A DNA stretch of 63,481 nt, filler included, from Globobulimina sp. (lineage: Eukaryota): the NCBI GenBank assembly GCA_003354225.1. It is 18 parts of 18 records of this genome, joined end to end, with 100 filler letters (N's around TTAATTAATTAA, not from the genome) between each part and the next. Parts side by side here need not be neighbours in the genome. Positions count along the whole stretch, not along the records: positions 60,053 to 63,481 come from PIVH01002819.1; 17 more parts are not named here. One strand, given 5' to 3'. The position numbers were made by a program, and so were the translations under genes. The notes below the pieces were generated by a model. That model saw nothing but the letters and a program-made list of their open reading frames with translations, was not told where the DNA came from and searched no databases. Shown in pieces: positions 60,053 through 63,481 of this stretch (position 1 is its first letter; every line of letters starts with the position of its first letter).

Positions 60053-61012
60053 CCATTGGATAGGATCCAACATCAAAAATCTGCCTCCACTGCCTACCGT
60101 TTTCCATGAATGATACAGCATAACAAAATTAGTATTGTCATTTCTTTGCGATAACACAGAACAATGTCCAGGCCCATTAAATGTATGCGTAACATCCATA
60201 ATATATGGATCACCCATTCGAGTATGCAAGATTGGTCCATTTAATTTCACAAATGGTTGATTCAATAAATCCTTCGATCGCGCCACACCAATATTATATG
60301 ATTGCGTGTTATACATTGATCCGCTATAAAATAAATAATAATATGGTGCTCTATAAATCATCCACGGAGCCTCTATACATCCCGTACCCTGACCGTTGTT
60401 CGTATGCTCCCATTTCTGATCATCAGTAATTAACTGTTTCTTGGAACCAACCAATCGCGTTCCTGACGAGTCTAACTGCTGAATATAAATTGGTGTGGCT
60501 ACGCCTTTACTGTTCCCATCATACTTAAATAAGATATAATTTGTGTTCGTATTGGGATCTTGAAAGAAATTGGGATCAATATAGCCAATGCCAGTGGAAG
60601 CATCACCTTTTACTAACGCACTGCCGATGGGATCTCGAAATGGTCCATGCGGAGTGGATGAAGTAGCGACTCCAACAGATAATAAATTACCATTGGTTCT
60701 GTCATTGGAGGTAAAATATGCGTTATATGCACTGTTATTCACTCGATGTAGTTCGGGTGCCCAATAATTTTGGTTACTCCAACTCGGTGCTTGTCCACTT
60801 GGAAATATATAACCAATTTGACGCCAAGTAATTAAATCAGGACTGGAGCGAATAGGGAAACTTGAACCACCTGAACCACCAGTTGTTGCTACATAATATG
60901 TTCCATCATTTCCATAAACTGCTCCTGGATCTGGACAATCACAGGTTTTTTCGACTGGGTTTACATATGCTTTGGATACAGCGAAATAACATAACAAAGA
61001 AACAGCAATCAT
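60053..61012 (-). CDS. Secreted glycoside hydrolase family 43 (arabinanase/xylosidase-like five-bladed propeller), 3' truncated
   Basis: Signal peptide; PDP, SSPDL..W, WAPE, IDP, EAP, YYLFYSG, GPGH; catalytic D/D/E present. Confidence 0.93.
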
Positions 61013-61387
61013 TGAGCTAAAGTTAAAAAAAAAAGTTGAGCTAAAGTTTTTTTAAAAAAATTGATATTAAAGCGATAAAGCAGAATTCCACGACTAAATA
61101 AGCGATAAAGCAGATGCTAAATATCCAGCAGAATCTATGAGATATATGCCCATGGATTAATATTTCTGCCATATTTCAAAAGAAATATCAAATGAAAGGA
61201 ATTAATGAAACGAGTAAATTTTAATTACATTAAAACTCATTATTACGCATCACATAATTCGAATCGAACCAAAAACAAAAGACTAAATGCTTTGAAAATA
61301 GTATATTATATTATTTACATAAACAATCATTCACAATTCACAACCACAAACAATACGTTTATTTTTGAACTTAAAAACATTATACGT

Positions 61388-63481
61388 TTACATCTTTGTT
61401 TCATGCATTGCTTGAATAACATCGTCGTCACTCGAATCATCATCCATATCCTCCATATAATCCATATTATGATTCATCTCATCCATATCCTCATCGCTTC
61501 CATTATCTCCATAATCTACAATGGACATTGGCGGAGACAAATCATTCAATGGCAATGAATCAGGCAATGAAGGAGGCAACGGCAATGACGTAGGCAATGA
61601 CGGAAGTCCCGGCAATGACGGCAAACTATCCTTGACTGCACCTGTACCATTTGGCGGTATCGTCGTTGTATTGACTGCTGAAACAACGTCGCCATCGCTG
61701 TTCTCTTCCAATATATCCTCCTCAATCTGTATATTTCCGGGTGTTACGTTTTCCTCAATCTCCTTTTCTTCGTCATAACAGACGCCATTCATATTAATGA
61801 CATTATTCTCATAGCCAAAGCCAGAGAGACTGCTGGAAAGTGCCATGGGAGTCTCATTCATTTGCATTTGGAAAACTATGTCCAAGTCACCTTCATCGCC
61901 TTCGAATTCATCGCTCCCGAAACTGTTCACTTTGTTCATCTCTACGTTATGGATGATCTTAATTGTACTCTGAGTTTGATGCTCATCGTTTTTAGCCGTT
62001 TTTGATTTTTTATAAATATAAAATATCAACGCGGAAACAACGGACGTTAATACTAATATAACCACCAAAAATATGATCAACATGGCCGGACCCCATGGAG
62101 ATCGCCCACCTTTTTGTTCTAATTCATCCCCATCGCCCTGACCATCTCCGTCATCATTGGTCAATTCAGTGGACTGTGACTCTGTATTTGTACTCGCAAT
62201 TAATAGAGAATGATTTGGGTTTTTTGTTGGGGATAATGTCGGATTATTAGTTGGCGATAATGTTGGTGTTTCGGATGGTGACTGAGTTGTTTCTGTGGGA
62301 TCCAACGTAGATTGATTTGGCGATTCTGTTGGATTATATGTTGGTGATTTTGTAGGATATTTAGTTGGATTTTTGGTTGGCGATTTTGATGGATATTTGC
62401 TTGGGGGTTTTGATGGAGAGTGACTAGGATTTTTTGTAGGATATTTTGTTGGATATTTGGTGGGATATTTGGTGGGTGATACAGACGGTAAGTTACTCGG
62501 ACTTGTCGTGGGATATTTGGTGGGGTATTTGGTGGGTGATACAGACGGTAAATTGGTAGGGGATTTTGTAGGCGCAGTAGGCGTATTGGTAGGTGCTTTT
62601 GTAGGAGAAAAGGTTAACATATTTGATCTCTCCCATGACGCAAACTTAGTGCCTGCAGTATCCACACCGCCAAATACATAAATTTCATCATTTACCATGA
62701 TAACAGCTGCTGATGACCTCCCTAAACGTAAACGACGCGCACCAACATTTACAACTTGAATCGTATCCGTAGCAATATCATATATTTGCATATTCCTTTC
62801 TGCAGTGCCTGTTCCACAACAGGTCGATCTGCCGCCAATTAAATAAATCTGATTATATAAAGTATGAGCCACTGCTCTGTGATAATAAACATTTGATGCT
62901 GCATTATAAGCGATATTTGTCCAATCCCCGAGTACTGGCATATTGCTAATATCTATTTTTTCTGATGAGGCTCGGTTGGTGCCAGGAGCTGTCGGATAAT
63001 AAGCACCGCCAAATACATATAAAAAGCCATCATGTACAACACAAGCGTGTTTTGAACGGCTATCGATCATATTTGGCCCCCTAAACCATTTCCCACTGCT
63101 TCCCGTCTCATATGTCTGTAAATAACGACTTTCGAGAGTCGCTGGACCTTCTCGGTCAGCTGCACCTGTGATAATGCCGCCTGTCGCAAAGAGAAAGCTT
63201 GAATATACCACTGCCAAACATGGTGCTTCGCGAGAATAATTCAATGGCATATTGGCGGTAGTCATTTGTGCTGTGCTGAATGCAAATTGTCGCAATATTC
63301 CTGCATTTATAAACACGATGGAAGCGCCCCATTGAGCTGAGACTTGCGCGTTGATGGTGCCCAGAGTGAAGGGCTCTGCGTTGTAAGTTAATCCAACATA
63401 AGGTTTGAATGAAGTGTTTGATATATTATATGACCAAATACATGAAGTCGAGCCCCCAATTAGCCATATCATGTCTGATGA
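61388..63481 (-). CDS. Kelch-repeat type I membrane protein with PT-repeat stalk and acidic tail, 5' truncated
   Basis: Kelch GG motifs (LYVFGG, IYLIGG, IYVFGG); PTKYPT repeats; TM AMLIIFLVVILVLTSVVSALIFYIY. Confidence 0.87.
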   Translation of the reverse strand, partial: SSDMIWLIGGSTSCIWSYNISNTSFKPYVGLTYNAEPFTLGTINAQVSAQWGASIVFINAGILRQFAFSTAQMTTANMPLNYSREAPCLAVVYSSFLFATGGIITGAADREGPATLESRYLQTYETGSSGKWFRGPNMIDSRSKHACVVHDGFLYVFGGAYYPTAPGTNRASSEKIDISNMPVLGDWTNIAYNAASNVYYHRAVAHTLYNQIYLIGGRSTCCGTGTAERNMQIYDIATDTIQVVNVGARRLRLGRSSAAVIMVNDEIYVFGGVDTAGTKFASWERSNMLTFSPTKAPTNTPTAPTKSPTNLPSVSPTKYPTKYPTTSPSNLPSVSPTKYPTKYPTKYPTKNPSHSPSKPPSKYPSKSPTKNPTKYPTKSPTYNPTESPNQSTLDPTETTQSPSETPTLSPTNNPTLSPTKNPNHSLLIASTNTESQSTELTNDDGDGQGDGDELEQKGGRSPWGPAMLIIFLVVILVLTSVVSALIFYIYKKSKTAKNDEHQTQSTIKIIHNVEMNKVNSFGSDEFEGDEGDLDIVFQMQMNETPMALSSSLSGFGYENNVINMNGVCYDEEKEIEENVTPGNIQIEEDILEENSDGDVVSAVNTTTIPPNGTGAVKDSLPSLPGLPSLPTSLPLPPSLPDSLPLNDLSPPMSIVDYGDNGSDEDMDEMNHNMDYMEDMDDDSSDDDVIQAMHETKM

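Noticed and set aside
1-63481. A multi-gene system or cluster spanning the window
   Set aside because: The contigs are unlinked; only relationships within a contig are meaningful.

Overview
This window is not one locus. It is 18 unrelated contigs of 3436 down to 3429 bp, sorted by size and joined by identical 100-bp artificial spacers (44 N + TTAATTAATTAA + 44 N). Contigs: 1-3436, 3537-6972, 7073-10507, 10608-14042, 14143-17575, 17676-21108, 21209-24641, 24742-28174, 28275-31707, 31808-35239, 35340-38771, 38872-42302, 42403-45832, 45933-49362, 49463-52892, 52993-56422, 56523-59952, 60053-63481. Adjacency across spacers is meaningless. The DNA is AT-rich, gene-dense eukaryotic nuclear sequence with short GT-AG introns (about 50-190 bp) and the standard code. 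The gene content (PT-repeat type I membrane proteins, RasGEF, CSN8, MYND, ABCG) suggests a protist, most likely a foraminiferan or other rhizarian; this is inference. Most notable: (1) an intron-containing P-element-like transposase whose two introns are homologous to each other; (2) a 608-aa antisense ORF filling a roughly 1.9-kb intron of a SAM-domain gene; (3) a contig with a 119-bp exact terminal overlap (circle or tandem unit) carrying dense GACAA motifs and a decayed gene; (4) an apparently inactive NEN/DEDDh-like domain fused to a WYL-like domain; (5) a receptor ending in SAM plus two ubiquitin-like domains with a di-Gly motif; (6) bacterial-type genes (MsrQ-like, PTS1-tagged cupin, GH43) in eukaryotic context. 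All family assignments come from motif recognition by eye; no searches were run.
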